A DNA stretch of 34,665 bases, filler included, from Ferroacidibacillus organovorans (GTDB lineage Bacteria; Bacillota; Bacilli; Alicyclobacillales; SLC66), in the NCBI RefSeq assembly GCF_001642725.1. It is 5 parts of 5 records of this genome, joined end to end, with 100 filler letters (N's around TTAATTAATTAA, not from the genome) between each part and the next. Parts side by side here need not be neighbours in the genome. Positions count along the whole stretch, not along the records: positions 1 to 7,254 come from NZ_LSUQ01000090.1; positions 7,355 to 14,534 come from NZ_LSUQ01000091.1; 3 more parts are not named here. One strand, 5' to 3'. This document shows, one piece after another, positions 1 to 10,017 of the stretch. Position numbers and translations under genes: made by a program. Below the pieces are notes generated by a model. It saw nothing but the letters and a program-made list of their open reading frames with translations, did not search any database and was not told the DNA's origin. Each line of letters starts with the position of its first letter. Position 1 is the first letter of the stretch.

Positions 1-543
1 CAGTGCGCTCGCGTGGCTGGTCTGCCCAACGATGGCGGTGGCGTCTGCAGCGATGAGAAGAAAGCGTATGTTTTCCCAATCCGGATGGTCATAGTATTGT
101 TCAAGACGGTTTTGCCACGTGAGAAGCGTCCCTTGCCAACGCGGATTGCTCGCCATCACATGACCTGAACAAAGCGCGTAGCCTACCTCGCTTAAAAGTG
201 CGGCCGTCACGCGCGTCAAGCGATCAACGTACGCGCGCGTCGCATCTGTCTCCGTATCCCTATCCGGCAATTCAAACACGAGCGCGTGATCCTGGTCAGA
301 GAGAATCGACTGTTCTCCCCGCGCACCGCTTCCTAACATGAGAAACGTCATCTCACCAGGCGGTCTGCATAGCCCTTGTTCTTCGACATGACGCTGCGCG
401 AGTGAAAACACATCGGCGTGAATTCGCTTATGTTCACGCGCCGCCTGCTCGAATGCCGCCTGCACGCCGCCTGTGCGACGCGCTTCAAAGACATGGATCA
501 GTTCTTCACGCCGTTTTCGCAGCACTTCAAGCGCCTTGTCCAC
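1..543 (-). CDS. DUF294-type putative nucleotidyltransferase (3' end beyond window)
   Basis: Manual translation (absent from ORF track): MLGSGARGEQSILSDQDHAL...GYALCSGHVMASNPRW matches the GSxxRxE..DxD and C.GxxMAxNP.W signatures. GTG at 543 follows AAGGGG; the frame is open up to ATG 630. Confidence 0.85.
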   Translation of the reverse strand, partial: MDKALEVLRKRREELIHVFEARRTGGVQAAFEQAAREHKRIHADVFSLAQRHVEEQGLCRPPGEMTFLMLGSGARGEQSILSDQDHALVFELPDRDTETDATRAYVDRLTRVTAALLSEVGYALCSGHVMASNPRWQGTLLTWQNRLEQYYDHPDWENIRFLLIAADATAIVGQTSHASAL

Positions 544-757
544 GATTTCGAATTCACCCCTTTGGCATCCGTCCTCGCTGGTCACCTGCCCGTCGCCTGC
601 CCCTGTGCTCGCGCATACGCTAGATATCATAGTGTTCGAGGTGAGCCACGTGAAACTGGATACCTTTTTAAAAGCGAGCGCGCTTGCGCTTGACGTTTTT
701 CACAATCAATCAACAAAACAACTGTCAGGCCTCGTGCGCAATGGCGTCAAACGACGG

Positions 758-1036
758 ATGGATCGCTACGCCGGACCGCCGCAAGGCGATGCGACGCAAC
801 AACCAAGGCGCAGTGCGCCAACGGCGCAAACGATCCCGCACAAACCATCTGCGAACGTGCGGCAGAGTTCGTCTATGACACCCTTTAGGCAGCAGGCTCC
901 GTATGTGCGACAACCTATGTTTGACCCGCGCGCCACTGAACATGTCAAAAAGGCGATGCGCTATGTCACACCAGAAAATGCGCAAAAGGTGGCGCAGTGG
1001 CACAGTATTTTCAAAAGTTTTCTAAGCAAAGATTAA
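758..1036 (+). CDS. small hypothetical Q/P-rich protein (possibly spore-associated)
   Basis: C-terminal part of ORF 473-1036, whose 5' part overlaps the DUF294 gene. Weak RBS. Confidence 0.4.
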   Translation: MDRYAGPPQGDATQQPRRSAPTAQTIPHKPSANVRQSSSMTPFRQQAPYVRQPMFDPRATEHVKKAMRYVTPENAQKVAQWHSIFKSFLSKD

Positions 1037-1074
1037 CGTGCGACGACTCCCGGCAATACACTGTCACCCGTTCC

Positions 1075-1836
1075 TTATTTGCCGAGACGTTCAATCACCG
1101 AATCGGCCGAAGGATCATCATCACGCGTAGGCGGCTTCTCTTCGTCATCGCGCTCTGGTCGAAACACCGACACCAGTTTCCCGCGGAACAAGAAACTGAA
1201 GCCGCCTAGCAAGACAACCGCCGCAAGCACACTGATGATCGCTGGGATGACACCGTGGCTGAACCCGACAAAAAATCCTCCCATCCAAATGTCAAACGGG
1301 ATAATGCCAAGCGCCGTCGTCCATAAGAATGGAAAAAACCGCACATTGAGAAGACCTGCCGCGTAATTGAGCGCGTGATACGGAAAAGGTGTCAAGCGCA
1401 GCGCCAAGAGGCCAAACGTGCCCCGCTTCGCCATCCACTGGTCAACCTGCCGCTGACGCTCAGAAGGAATCAGGCGACGCACAAACCCTTGCCCAATCCA
1501 CCGCGTCAGATACATGGCGACCACCGCGCCGACGACGCCGCCAATCCACGAATAGACGAGTCCCCAAAGCACTCCGTACACTTCCATATTGACGAGGATG
1601 AGCCCCTCTGACGGCACAGGAATGACGCAAAAAAAGGCCATCAAAAGGATGGCAACGACAATTCCGACCGTTCCCAGTGATTGAATCAAAAGCGTGATAT
1701 GATGCCAAGAATGTCGATAGTGAAAAAACAACCACACAGCAAAAACGATGAGTATGAGCCCGATCGCGATGGGGAGCGGTTTGAGTTCTAAAGGACGCTC
1801 CGCTTGCTTGTCCACGCGCTTTAGGATCGAGTTCAC
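1075..1836 (-). CDS. TVP38/TMEM64 (VTT/DedA-like) membrane protein
   Basis: Several hydrophobic helices; motifs PVPSE, YGVLWG..YSWIG, ALRLTPFPYHALNYAAGL, F.WTTALG. Confidence 0.85.
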   Translation of the reverse strand: MNSILKRVDKQAERPLELKPLPIAIGLILIVFAVWLFFHYRHSWHHITLLIQSLGTVGIVVAILLMAFFCVIPVPSEGLILVNMEVYGVLWGLVYSWIGGVVGAVVAMYLTRWIGQGFVRRLIPSERQRQVDQWMAKRGTFGLLALRLTPFPYHALNYAAGLLNVRFFPFLWTTALGIIPFDIWMGGFFVGFSHGVIPAIISVLAAVVLLGGFSFLFRGKLVSVFRPERDDEEKPPTRDDDPSADSVIERLGK

Positions 1837-1922
1837 CCCCTTCGGGTCGTTTGAAACGTCTCCTACTCTACCATATGGTACTCAAACTGCCAATGGACAG
1901 AACACGCGAAAGGGTGAATCAA

Positions 1923-2417
1923 TCACCCCTTTTTCTGGCTTGTCTCACGGCGCATTTCTTCTTCACGGTAGAGGCGAATCGCTTTCGATGTAAAAAGAAT
2001 TCCGTCTAAATGATCGATTTCGTGCTGAATCGCGCGCGCGCGAAAATCGGTCTCTTCAATTTCCACCTCTTGACCGGAGCGATCAAGCATCCGCACGCGA
2101 ATGTACCGATAACGCATCGTATCCCCGAATAATCCGGGGATCGATAGACAGCCATCCGGCCCAATCACTTCGTCGCGCCCCTCCACGATGACCGGGTTGA
2201 TCAGGTCAAGGCGCCCGCGCCCGTCTTCCACATCAACGACTGCCAGTCGTCTCAAAATGTTAACCTGTGGCGCTGCGAGGCCAATACCGTTTGCATATTT
2301 CATCGTCTCCGCAAGGTTGTCGAGCACCTTAAGCACGTTTGGCGTCACACTTTTCACAGGATTGGCCGGCGTGGTGAGGATAGGGTTGGGGAATTTTACA
2401 ATGTCATAGATCGCCAT
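1923..2417 (-). CDS. def: peptide deformylase
   Basis: Motifs GIGLAAPQ, DGCLS (canonical EGCLS), QHEIDHLDG; GGAGG RBS. Confidence 0.95.
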   Translation of the reverse strand: MAIYDIVKFPNPILTTPANPVKSVTPNVLKVLDNLAETMKYANGIGLAAPQVNILRRLAVVDVEDGRGRLDLINPVIVEGRDEVIGPDGCLSIPGLFGDTMRYRYIRVRMLDRSGQEVEIEETDFRARAIQHEIDHLDGILFTSKAIRLYREEEMRRETSQKKG

Positions 2418-2451
2418 AGAAACCTCCTTGCAGATAAGAACCGTCGTTGCG

Positions 2452-3762
2452 TCACGCAGATGGAATTTCTGCGCGATTCCATTTTATCGTGTTTTCCAAG
2501 ATCACGGACACCGCCACGCCTACCAAAAGGCCACTGCTGACAAACGAGCGCACAGCGCTTGGAATCGTGAGAAAGGCAGAGGCGGGTGTCACATAGATGG
2601 CAATGCCAACAAGCGTAGGCAGAGCGATTCGATAGATCGTCTTGTGATTGAACGTCACACCTTCGATCACTTGAAGCGCCGAGCCAAAAAGCTGCAAATA
2701 GGCGACCAGGAGCACCGCATCCCCAACACTCACGGGGAGGGTGGATAAAAAAGAGCCGGCAAGCGGGATAAGTCCAAGCAACATGAAAAGAATGGCGCCG
2801 ATTGCAAAAGGCCTTCTCGCAAAGATCTGTGTTGAGCGCAAGAAACCTAGCGACGAGGTGTATGGTGCATACGGAACCAATCCAATCAGGCCTGAGAGCA
2901 CGGTGTTAAACCCGGTGACAAGAAACGACCGCACGTAATCGCGATTCGTCGATTTTTGCTGAAAAAGAAACTGCGCGTTTTCAATCGTCGTAACTGTGTT
3001 CGTCGTGTTGATAAGCCCAGTGATCAGCGCTGTGATCAAGATCCCCGCGTGAAACGAGGGCGAGCCCCACGCAAACGGCGTGAATAGCGATGCAAACGGC
3101 GCAGCATGCAGAGGTGCGGAAGGGTGAATCGCGATCCGGTAGACGACCCAACCACTGGCGATACCGATGAGAATCGCAAAGTTGCTAAGGAGTCTCGCGC
3201 CGCGCAGGCTGAGCGTCACAACCAAGATGATCAGGGCAATCGACAGTGCGGTAGTCTTCACATCGATATGCCGAGCGTGCGTCAACCCAACCATCCCTTG
3301 AAAAAAAATCGAGATCAACTGCACCGCCAGCAGGATTAAAAAAACGCTCATCGCCATCGGCGTGAAATACTTCCGCAGAAAACGGCCAAGCCCCATCACG
3401 CCAAAGATCATGATCAATATGCCTGACGCGAGAATCCCCATTTCAAGGCTGCCGCCCGCCTGTGAAAGCGGTTGTCCCGCTTCTGCCGCTCCCGTGAGCA
3501 CGGTGAGGATAACCCCCCACCAAACACCCGATTGCCCCTCCATGAGTGGCAGTCTGTGCCCAAAGAGCAGTTGGAGAAGGCAGGCGAGGCCCGTGAATAA
3601 AAAGGAGCGTTGCATAAACCCAGATACGGCGACGGGGGATAAATGCAGCGCGGCCCCGACGGAGACTGGGATGACAACCGTGTTTGCAAACATGAACAAA
3701 AGCCACTGAATTCCAGCCACCGCGTCGCGGCCGAGCGATGGTGGATGAGTTGATTGCGCCAC
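2452..3762 (-). CDS. NCS2 xanthine/uracil permease family (YwdJ-like)
   Basis: QWL.FMFANTVVIP, GHRLPLMEGQSG.WWG, many TM helices; GTG at 3762 after AAAGGTGG. Confidence 0.85.
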   Translation of the reverse strand: MAQSTHPPSLGRDAVAGIQWLLFMFANTVVIPVSVGAALHLSPVAVSGFMQRSFLFTGLACLLQLLFGHRLPLMEGQSGVWWGVILTVLTGAAEAGQPLSQAGGSLEMGILASGILIMIFGVMGLGRFLRKYFTPMAMSVFLILLAVQLISIFFQGMVGLTHARHIDVKTTALSIALIILVVTLSLRGARLLSNFAILIGIASGWVVYRIAIHPSAPLHAAPFASLFTPFAWGSPSFHAGILITALITGLINTTNTVTTIENAQFLFQQKSTNRDYVRSFLVTGFNTVLSGLIGLVPYAPYTSSLGFLRSTQIFARRPFAIGAILFMLLGLIPLAGSFLSTLPVSVGDAVLLVAYLQLFGSALQVIEGVTFNHKTIYRIALPTLVGIAIYVTPASAFLTIPSAVRSFVSSGLLVGVAVSVILENTIKWNRAEIPSA

Positions 3763-3923
3763 CGTAGTCCACCTTTCGCGCGCGAGCATACACCAAGCCA
3801 AATCTTAGCCTGTCCGACATTCACGCATCACACTTTCGATTCAACATCATACCACATCAGGCAATCGTTTCTGGAATGAATTCATCCGATCTCGAGGATG
3901 CTATGCGAAAGGAGGGATGTCCT

Positions 3924-4094
3924 ATGCAAAAGAAAAACGAACAGAGCCTTGGCATCGATCCTAAAAACGTTCATCGCGCGAATGAACTCCCTGACGCACT
4001 GCGCACAGATCGCCTTGATGATGTGAATTTTGAAGCGATCCGCGACCGTCAAGCACAAGAATTCACGATCAATCCGAGTCGCCAAAAACGCTGA
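3924..4094 (+). CDS. small hypothetical protein (56 aa)
   Basis: Strong AAAGGAGG RBS before ATG 3924; fills an intergenic gap. Confidence 0.55.
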   Translation: MQKKNEQSLGIDPKNVHRANELPDALRTDRLDDVNFEAIRDRQAQEFTINPSRQKR

Positions 4095-4174
4095 TTAAAC
4101 TACTCGTACCAACACCCTACAACGCGCAAGCGGGCAGACGTGAAACGCGCTCTGCCCAATGCGTTTACAACCCC

Positions 4175-4203
4175 TTCTCAAACTGCCATGCTGCGAGTAG
4201 AAT
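4175..4203 (+). promoter_or_regulatory. putative sigma-A promoter of fabH
   Basis: TTCTCA-17 bp-TAGAAT. Confidence 0.4.
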
Positions 4204-4237
4204 AGTCACAGATAGGAACATGTATTAGGAGCTGATC

Positions 4238-5248
4238 ATAATTTCACGGTATCACGTTGAGATCATTGGGACGGGCAGTCACGTCCCCGCCGGCATTGTC
4301 ACAAACGCTGACATGGAAAAGCTTGTGGACACAAACGATGAATGGATTCGCACGCGCACAGGAATTCGTGAGCGGCGCAAACTTGCGCCCGATGAAACAG
4401 TGTCAGAAATGGCGACGGAGGCTGCCCGCAAGGCGCTTGAGAAAGCGTCCGTTCGCCCCGAGGAGATCGATTTGATCGTTGGCGCGACGATTACAGGTGA
4501 TTTTGTTTTCCCGCCGATGGCGGCCATGGTGCAGGCGGGGATCGGCGCCACGAATGCGACCGCGTTTGATACAAACGGCGTATGCGCAGGATTTGTGTAC
4601 GCATTGGTGCAGGGCAGTCAATTTCTGCAAAACGGCGCGTTTCGCACGGCGCTCATCGTCGCGGCAGAAGGCATCACTCGCTATCTCGACTATACGGATC
4701 GCAATTCCTGCATCCTGTTTGGCGACGGCGCAGGCGCTGTCGTGCTGCGCGCGACAGAAGCGATCGCAGACGAACCGGTGCGCGGACTGGTCGATTTTGA
4801 CTTGCGCACGGACGGCAATCGCGCGGCGGTCGCGTTTACGCCGAGAAACGGTGTGCCGGAGCGGTTTATCCGCACATTTTCCGAGCGCGAAAGGATCACC
4901 CCTTATATCTGGCAAGACGGTCGCGCCATGTTTAAAGCGGCCGTCACTGGCATGTCCGAGAGTGTCAATCGCATCATCGCGCGTCAACATCTCTCACCAG
5001 ACGAAATCAATCTCCTCGTCCCACACCAGGCAAATCTTCGCATCATCGAGGCCGTGGGCGAACGCGTATCCATCCCAGCGGAGCGCGTTGCACTCTGCAT
5101 TGAAGAGTATGGAAACACATCCGCCGCCTCGATCCCCCTCGCCTTTGACAAGTGGAATCGCCTCGGTCGGGTAAAGCGCGGGGATCGCGTCATGTTCACC
5201 GCGTTTGCAGGCGGGCTGACGTGGGGTTCCGCGCTCTTTAAAATGTAA
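4238..5248 (+). CDS. fabH: beta-ketoacyl-ACP synthase III; probable non-canonical ATA/ATT start
   Basis: Catalytic C (GVCAGF), H (VPHQAN), N (YGNTSAAS). The conserved N-terminus IIGTGSHVP..VTNADM lies upstream of the first ATG (4313). AGGAG at 4227-4231. Confidence 0.92.
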   Translation: MISRYHVEIIGTGSHVPAGIVTNADMEKLVDTNDEWIRTRTGIRERRKLAPDETVSEMATEAARKALEKASVRPEEIDLIVGATITGDFVFPPMAAMVQAGIGATNATAFDTNGVCAGFVYALVQGSQFLQNGAFRTALIVAAEGITRYLDYTDRNSCILFGDGAGAVVLRATEAIADEPVRGLVDFDLRTDGNRAAVAFTPRNGVPERFIRTFSERERITPYIWQDGRAMFKAAVTGMSESVNRIIARQHLSPDEINLLVPHQANLRIIEAVGERVSIPAERVALCIEEYGNTSAASIPLAFDKWNRLGRVKRGDRVMFTAFAGGLTWGSALFKM

Positions 5249-5261
5249 TACCCAGCCCCGG

Positions 5262-6524
5262 TCAGGAACGCGATTGCACTTGAAACACTGAGAATTTGAG
5301 GTAATCGCTCTCTGGCATCCCGATTCGGCGGGGATGGTCTGCACCCGCGCTGCGGTCGTCGATCAGACGCAGAAGTTTATGCGCATCGACGGCCGCCTCT
5401 TCAATCACTGCGTGCCACGCCTCGCGCGTGATCGGCGAAGAACACGACGCTGTCACCAAAAATCCGCCGTCTGGTATCAGCTTGAGCGCGCGCAGATTGA
5501 TCTCTTTGTAACCGCGTAAAGCGCCAGGAACTGCCGCGCGGTTTTTGGCAAACGCTGGCGGATCGAGGATCACCACGTCAAACGTCTTTTTATCTCGCTC
5601 ATACTCGCGCAAAAGATCAAAAGCGTTTGCGACGAGGCGCGTCGAGCGATCCTCCAACTCATTTTTTTTGATATTGCGGGCAGCCGCTTCGATCGCTTTT
5701 TCTGACGCATCGACAGTCGTCACGTGCGCCGCGCCATAGTGAAGCGCGTGGACACTGAATCCACCTGTGTGTGAGAAACAGTCGAGCACCGTCGCGCCGC
5801 TTCGTGCGGCATGTGCCAACGCTGCACCCCCTTCGTGATACCGCAGGTCGGTGCGCGGCTTTTCTGCCGCCGCAAAGCGCACGAGCGAGGCGAGCGCCGC
5901 GCGATTTTCACGCTGATCAAAAAAGTGTCCCGTTTTTTGGCCTTCTGCGATATCGACGATGAATGAGAGTCCATTCTCCTTAATCTCCACCACATCTTCA
6001 CATTCCCCGTAAAGCGGACCAACGGACTCCGCCAACCCTTCAAGCGCGCGCACAGGCGCGTCGCTCCGCTCATAAACACATGTCACAGAAAGCACATCGC
6101 GAACCGCGCGCACAATTGCATCCTTGCGCAATTCCATAGCGGCAGAGAGAACCTGGATGACAGCGACATCCCCGTATTTATCCACAATCAAACCCGGCAG
6201 GTAGTCTGCCTCCCCAAACGCCGCACGACAACTGGACGTCTGTGCGAGGAACCGTTTGCGATGGAGCCACGCCTTGGTCAGCGTGCGCTTTAGCCACGCG
6301 TCATTCAGCGTCTCGGTCGAATCATAGGAGGCGATGCGCACGCCGATCTGGGATTCTGCGTGATAGAACCCCGCCCCCAAGCCGTGCCCCTGATGATTGC
6401 GAATCACGACAGCGTCACCCGTCACAGGATCTCCTTTTACGCTCGCGATCTCATTTTGATAGATCCACGGATGACCTGCTTCGAGTCGCTTTCTGCGATC
6501 CTTTTTTAAGAAAACTTCTTTCAC
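5262..6524 (-). CDS. rlmI: class I SAM-dependent rRNA methyltransferase (RlmI/YwbD-like)
   Basis: GHPWIY PUA-like N-terminus, EADYLPGLIVDKY, GQKTGHFFDQRENR, LDCFSHTGGFS, DVVILDPPAF; GTG 6524 after AAGAGGGG. Confidence 0.85.
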   Translation of the reverse strand: MKEVFLKKDRRKRLEAGHPWIYQNEIASVKGDPVTGDAVVIRNHQGHGLGAGFYHAESQIGVRIASYDSTETLNDAWLKRTLTKAWLHRKRFLAQTSSCRAAFGEADYLPGLIVDKYGDVAVIQVLSAAMELRKDAIVRAVRDVLSVTCVYERSDAPVRALEGLAESVGPLYGECEDVVEIKENGLSFIVDIAEGQKTGHFFDQRENRAALASLVRFAAAEKPRTDLRYHEGGAALAHAARSGATVLDCFSHTGGFSVHALHYGAAHVTTVDASEKAIEAAARNIKKNELEDRSTRLVANAFDLLREYERDKKTFDVVILDPPAFAKNRAAVPGALRGYKEINLRALKLIPDGGFLVTASCSSPITREAWHAVIEEAAVDAHKLLRLIDDRSAGADHPRRIGMPESDYLKFSVFQVQSRS

Positions 6525-6665
6525 TAAAACCCCTCTTTTCTCACGGTAAAAGGACACGCTGTACTATCAGACGGGCCTGTCCGCATATAAACTTAATAAA
6601 GCATGTGAACAAAACAGCGTAGCGTGATAAAGCGCATGGGATCTGTCACATAAGGAGCGAAATCC

Positions 6666-7254
6666 TTGTTTTATACACGGATGATTCTGGAAGTCATTGC
6701 CGGATTGCTGGTGTTTATTACCGGACTGTTCACGCTTCGCAGCGGCATGGGGGAACTCAGCAATCGCGAATCCATGCAACTGATCGAACGACTTGTCAAA
6801 ACACCATTTCGCGGACTCATCACTGGCATCGTTGCTACAGCCATGCTCCAGTCAGGCGCCGCCGTCACGATCTTGTCGATGGGGCTCGTGGCCGCAGGCA
6901 CTTTGCGTTTTGCCGACACGATCGGCATCATCCTCGGCTCAAATATCGGCAGCACGCTCACCGTGGGACTGCTCTCGCTCAACCTCGACGCGTTTGGACC
7001 CTATCTCGTCGCGGCAGGCTCGCTTGCCTTTCTCGCTTCGTTTCTCACTCCGCACAGAAAGTCAAAGCGCACAAAACCAAAAACATCTGCGCAAAAACGA
7101 ATGCGCGCGTGGGGGCTTTCGATCATCGGGTTTGGCACGCTCTTTGTAGGTTTTGGCCTGATGACCCACGCGACGATGCCGCTCGCGTCTTCACCCTGGG
7201 TGACCCACTTGCTGCTTCAGGCTGGTAGACACCCCCTGCTTGGCATAACCGCCG
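6666..7254 (+). CDS. Na/Pi cotransporter family protein (partial, contig end)
   Basis: G..ATAMLQSGAAVT and IGIILGSNIGSTLT motifs; AAGGAG RBS. Confidence 0.85.
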
Positions 7255-7354
7255 NNNNNNNNNNNNNNNNNNNNNNNNNNNNNNNNNNNNNNNNNNNNTT
7301 AATTAATTAANNNNNNNNNNNNNNNNNNNNNNNNNNNNNNNNNNNNNNNNNNNN
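7255..7354. other. artificial contig spacer
   Basis: N44-TTAATTAATTAA-N44 six-frame stop linker. Confidence 0.99.
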
Positions 7355-8598
7355 TCAATGTGTTGCGCTGTCCAGTTTTCGGGGAGCAAGTCGAGTGACA
7401 GTGAGGTTTCCTGCTCTACAGGCAAGGCTTCCTTGTTGTGTCCGACAAGCCGCGAAAAAATTGGGGGCGAAACGATGCATGAGATGATCGCGAGCAAAAT
7501 CAGCCCGTTTGCCATATCGGCAGAGAGGACGCCCAGTTGTTGTCCAAGTTTACTGGCGAGAAGCATCAGACTCAGTTGTGAGCCGAGCAGGGCCCCGACG
7601 CCTATCCTTTGTTTCATCGGAATCATTCGCAGTAAAAAGGCGCTCGGCAAAAATTTTGTGATGTACATGGCAAGAAACAGGACCAAGAGGATCACCCAGA
7701 AATGCCACGAGTGTCGAGCCGTGCTGAATTGAAAGGTCAGGCCGACATTCACAAAAAAGAAAGGGAGAAAAAACCCGTAACCGATCGAGTTGATTTTCTG
7801 CGTGAAAACGGAGTGCTTTTTGACAAGCAGACTGACAACAACCCCGGCGAGAAACGCCCCGAGAACCACTTGTGTACCGAGGCCCTGGGCGAGCGCGACA
7901 AACAGCAGAATGAGTGCAAACGCGCCGCGCACGCTGAATTCTGTCTCCGATTTTTTTAGCAGCTGAACGAAGGCGTGATTTTGAAATCTCTGCACAAAGC
8001 GATAGATGAGCGCCATTGCGAGAAAGAGGAAAATGACGAGCAAGAGGCTGCGCGCTTGTCCACTGGCGCGAATCGACGTGTATCCTGCGAGATAGAGCAG
8101 TGGAAAGAAGTCGAGTGCGAGCGCGTTGCCAAGGATGCGCTGGCCGAGCGGATGAGACAGCCAGCGACTCTCTTTGAGCGCGGGTACGACGATGCCCATT
8201 GACGTCGTGCAAATCAACCCTAAAAAGAAGTAAGGGTGTGTCAAAACGTGTGCAGCGGCGAGTGGAAAGACGATGAGGGCGGTGGCTGCCGCTACGGCGA
8301 GAAAAAAGATGAGGCCATCGCGCCATAGGGGCGTTTCTCCTTTTGAAGAGCTGAGCACCATCTCAAAGTCGAGTTCCACGCCCGACAGAAACATCAGATA
8401 CGTAAAGCCAAAGCCTGCGAGAAACGCGAGTGTTTGGTTGCTGTGGAGCCAATTCAATCCGCCTGGACCCACCAGAATGCCGAGCAGAATCTCGATGACG
8501 ACAGTCGGCACGATACCGCGCGTCACACGTTGGGAGAGAAACGGCGCGAGAAACGCGATGCACGCGACAAACAAAATGGGGAGATACGCGTTGGTCAT
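7355..8598 (-). CDS. CPA2 cation:proton antiporter (YjbQ-like), 3' end missing
   Basis: P.VVIEILLGILVGP, LMFLSGVELD, TTSMG, LGAFLAG, GYGFFLPFFFVNVG; GGAGG/GGTGG RBS. Confidence 0.9.
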
Positions 8599-8665
8599 GA
8601 CTCCACCTTCCTTCTCTGCATGATTTTGGATTAGTATATTTGCTCCACCTTATAACTCCCTTAAA

Positions 8666-8836
8666 GAGGGGCAGAACGCCTCTACGCATCGCGCGGGGCA
8701 GAACTCCTCTGCGCATCGCGGCGTCATCGCCAGCCCTGCTCCCTCACGTACCAAAGACGTACGCTCGGTGCGCAGTGCTGGCTAGCTTCCTTGCGCTGCT
8801 TGAGGCTTACCTGCCCCTCCATCGCCAGCCCTGCTC
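8666..8836. repeat. intergenic palindromic REP/MITE-like element with internal duplications
   Basis: 27-bp-period tandem repeat (8668-8693 / 8695-8720); 17-bp direct repeat CATCGCCAGCCCTGCTC (8725-8741 / 8820-8836); inverted pair GAGGGGCAG (8666-8674) / CTGCCCCTC (8811-8819); central CGTAC..GTACG hairpin. Confidence 0.6.
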
Positions 8837-8869
8837 TGCGCGCGGTGTTCATCGTAGCATTCGAAGCGG

Positions 8870-9937
8870 TTGTCTCGTTTGTGCGCGTTTATCGCGCCTG
8901 ATGAAATGGTCATCGCGCACACAAACGAGACAGAGTATCGGAATTTCGTGAATAATAAGCGTAATGAGGCGTTGCAGTCGCGGATGATCGTGATGCCAAT
9001 TCCGTATAACCTTAAGGTATCAGAAGAAGTTAAGATTTACCAAAAACTTGTTCATCAGAGTGACTTGCGCGATGTGCACATCGCCCCGCACGGGCTTCAC
9101 ACTGCGGCGCTTTTTTCCATTTTGACACGTCTCAAGGAATCGAAAAAGCAAGGCATGGATCTACTCAAGAAACTGTACTTGTACGATGGCAAAAATGTGG
9201 AAGGATTCAAGGAAAAAGACGTTCAGGAATTGCGGGCGGAGTGGCCTGAAGAGGGCATGAATGGGATCGATCCGCGCTACGTGATCAATCGCATCTCAAG
9301 CGCGCTGATCCGGCGGGATACATCCTGCATCAATGCGCTCGACATCCTGCGCGCGATCAAGGAGGGGCTCGACCAACACGCGTCAATCACGAAAGAAGAC
9401 CGCGAGCGAATGTTAAACTTCGTCGCGCTTGCCCGCAAAGAATATGATGAACTCGCGAAAAAAGAGGTTCAAAAGGCGTTTGTCTACTCGTATGAGGAAT
9501 CTGCGAAGACGTTGCTTGACAATTACCTCGACAATGTCGAAGCGTATTGCAATTGGCAAAAGATGAAAGATCCAATCACTGGCGAGGAGCTTGACCCGGA
9601 TGAGAAGTTGATGCGCTCGATTGAGGAGCAGATCGGCATCTCAGAAAATGCCAAAAAAGCGTTCCGCGAGGAGATCCTGATCCGTATCTCAACGTACGCG
9701 CGCCGCGGCAAGCGATTTGACTACAGTTCGCACGAGCGGTTGCGCGAGGCGATTGAGAAAAAACTGTTTGCAGATTTGAAGGATGTTGTAAAGATTACGA
9801 CTTCGACCAAGACGCCTGACAGCAAGCAACTGAAAAAAGTGAACGAAGTCAGCAAACGACTCATGGAAGAGTACGGGTATTGCGCGGCCTGCGCGAATGA
9901 GCTGCTTCAATATACGGGGAGCCTACTCAATCGCTGA
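8870..9937 (+). pseudogene. prkA: PrkA/YeaG family, C-terminal half only
   Basis: DEMVIAHTNETEY..NEALQSR..PIPYNL, EGMNGIDPRYVINRIS, EEQIGISENAKKAFREE. The N-terminal P-loop/AAA half is absent, and there is no RBS. Confidence 0.8.
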
Positions 9938-9951
9938 CTTATTCTTCGAAC

Positions 9952-9988
9952 GGGGCGTGCGTCACGGTGTGTGACCATGCCCCTTTTT
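9952..9988 (+). terminator. intrinsic terminator between prkA and yhbH
   Basis: GGGGCGTG(C)GTCAC / GTGACCATGCCCC stem followed by TTTTT. Confidence 0.65.
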
Positions 9989-10017
9989 GCAATCGAAAAT
10001 CCCAAGGGGTGAGTGAC

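Noticed and set aside
4132..4157. GGGCAGA/TCTGCCC hairpin as a terminator
   Set aside because: No U tract on either strand
7255..7354. TTAATTAATTAA palindrome recurring about every 7 kb (also at 14535, 21704, 28323)
   Set aside because: Artificial six-frame-stop contig linker; ORF ends containing X/LIN are artefacts, and synteny across spacers is meaningless
8668..8720. Tandem 27-bp repeat as a CRISPR array
   Set aside because: Only two abutting units, no spacers, no cas genes
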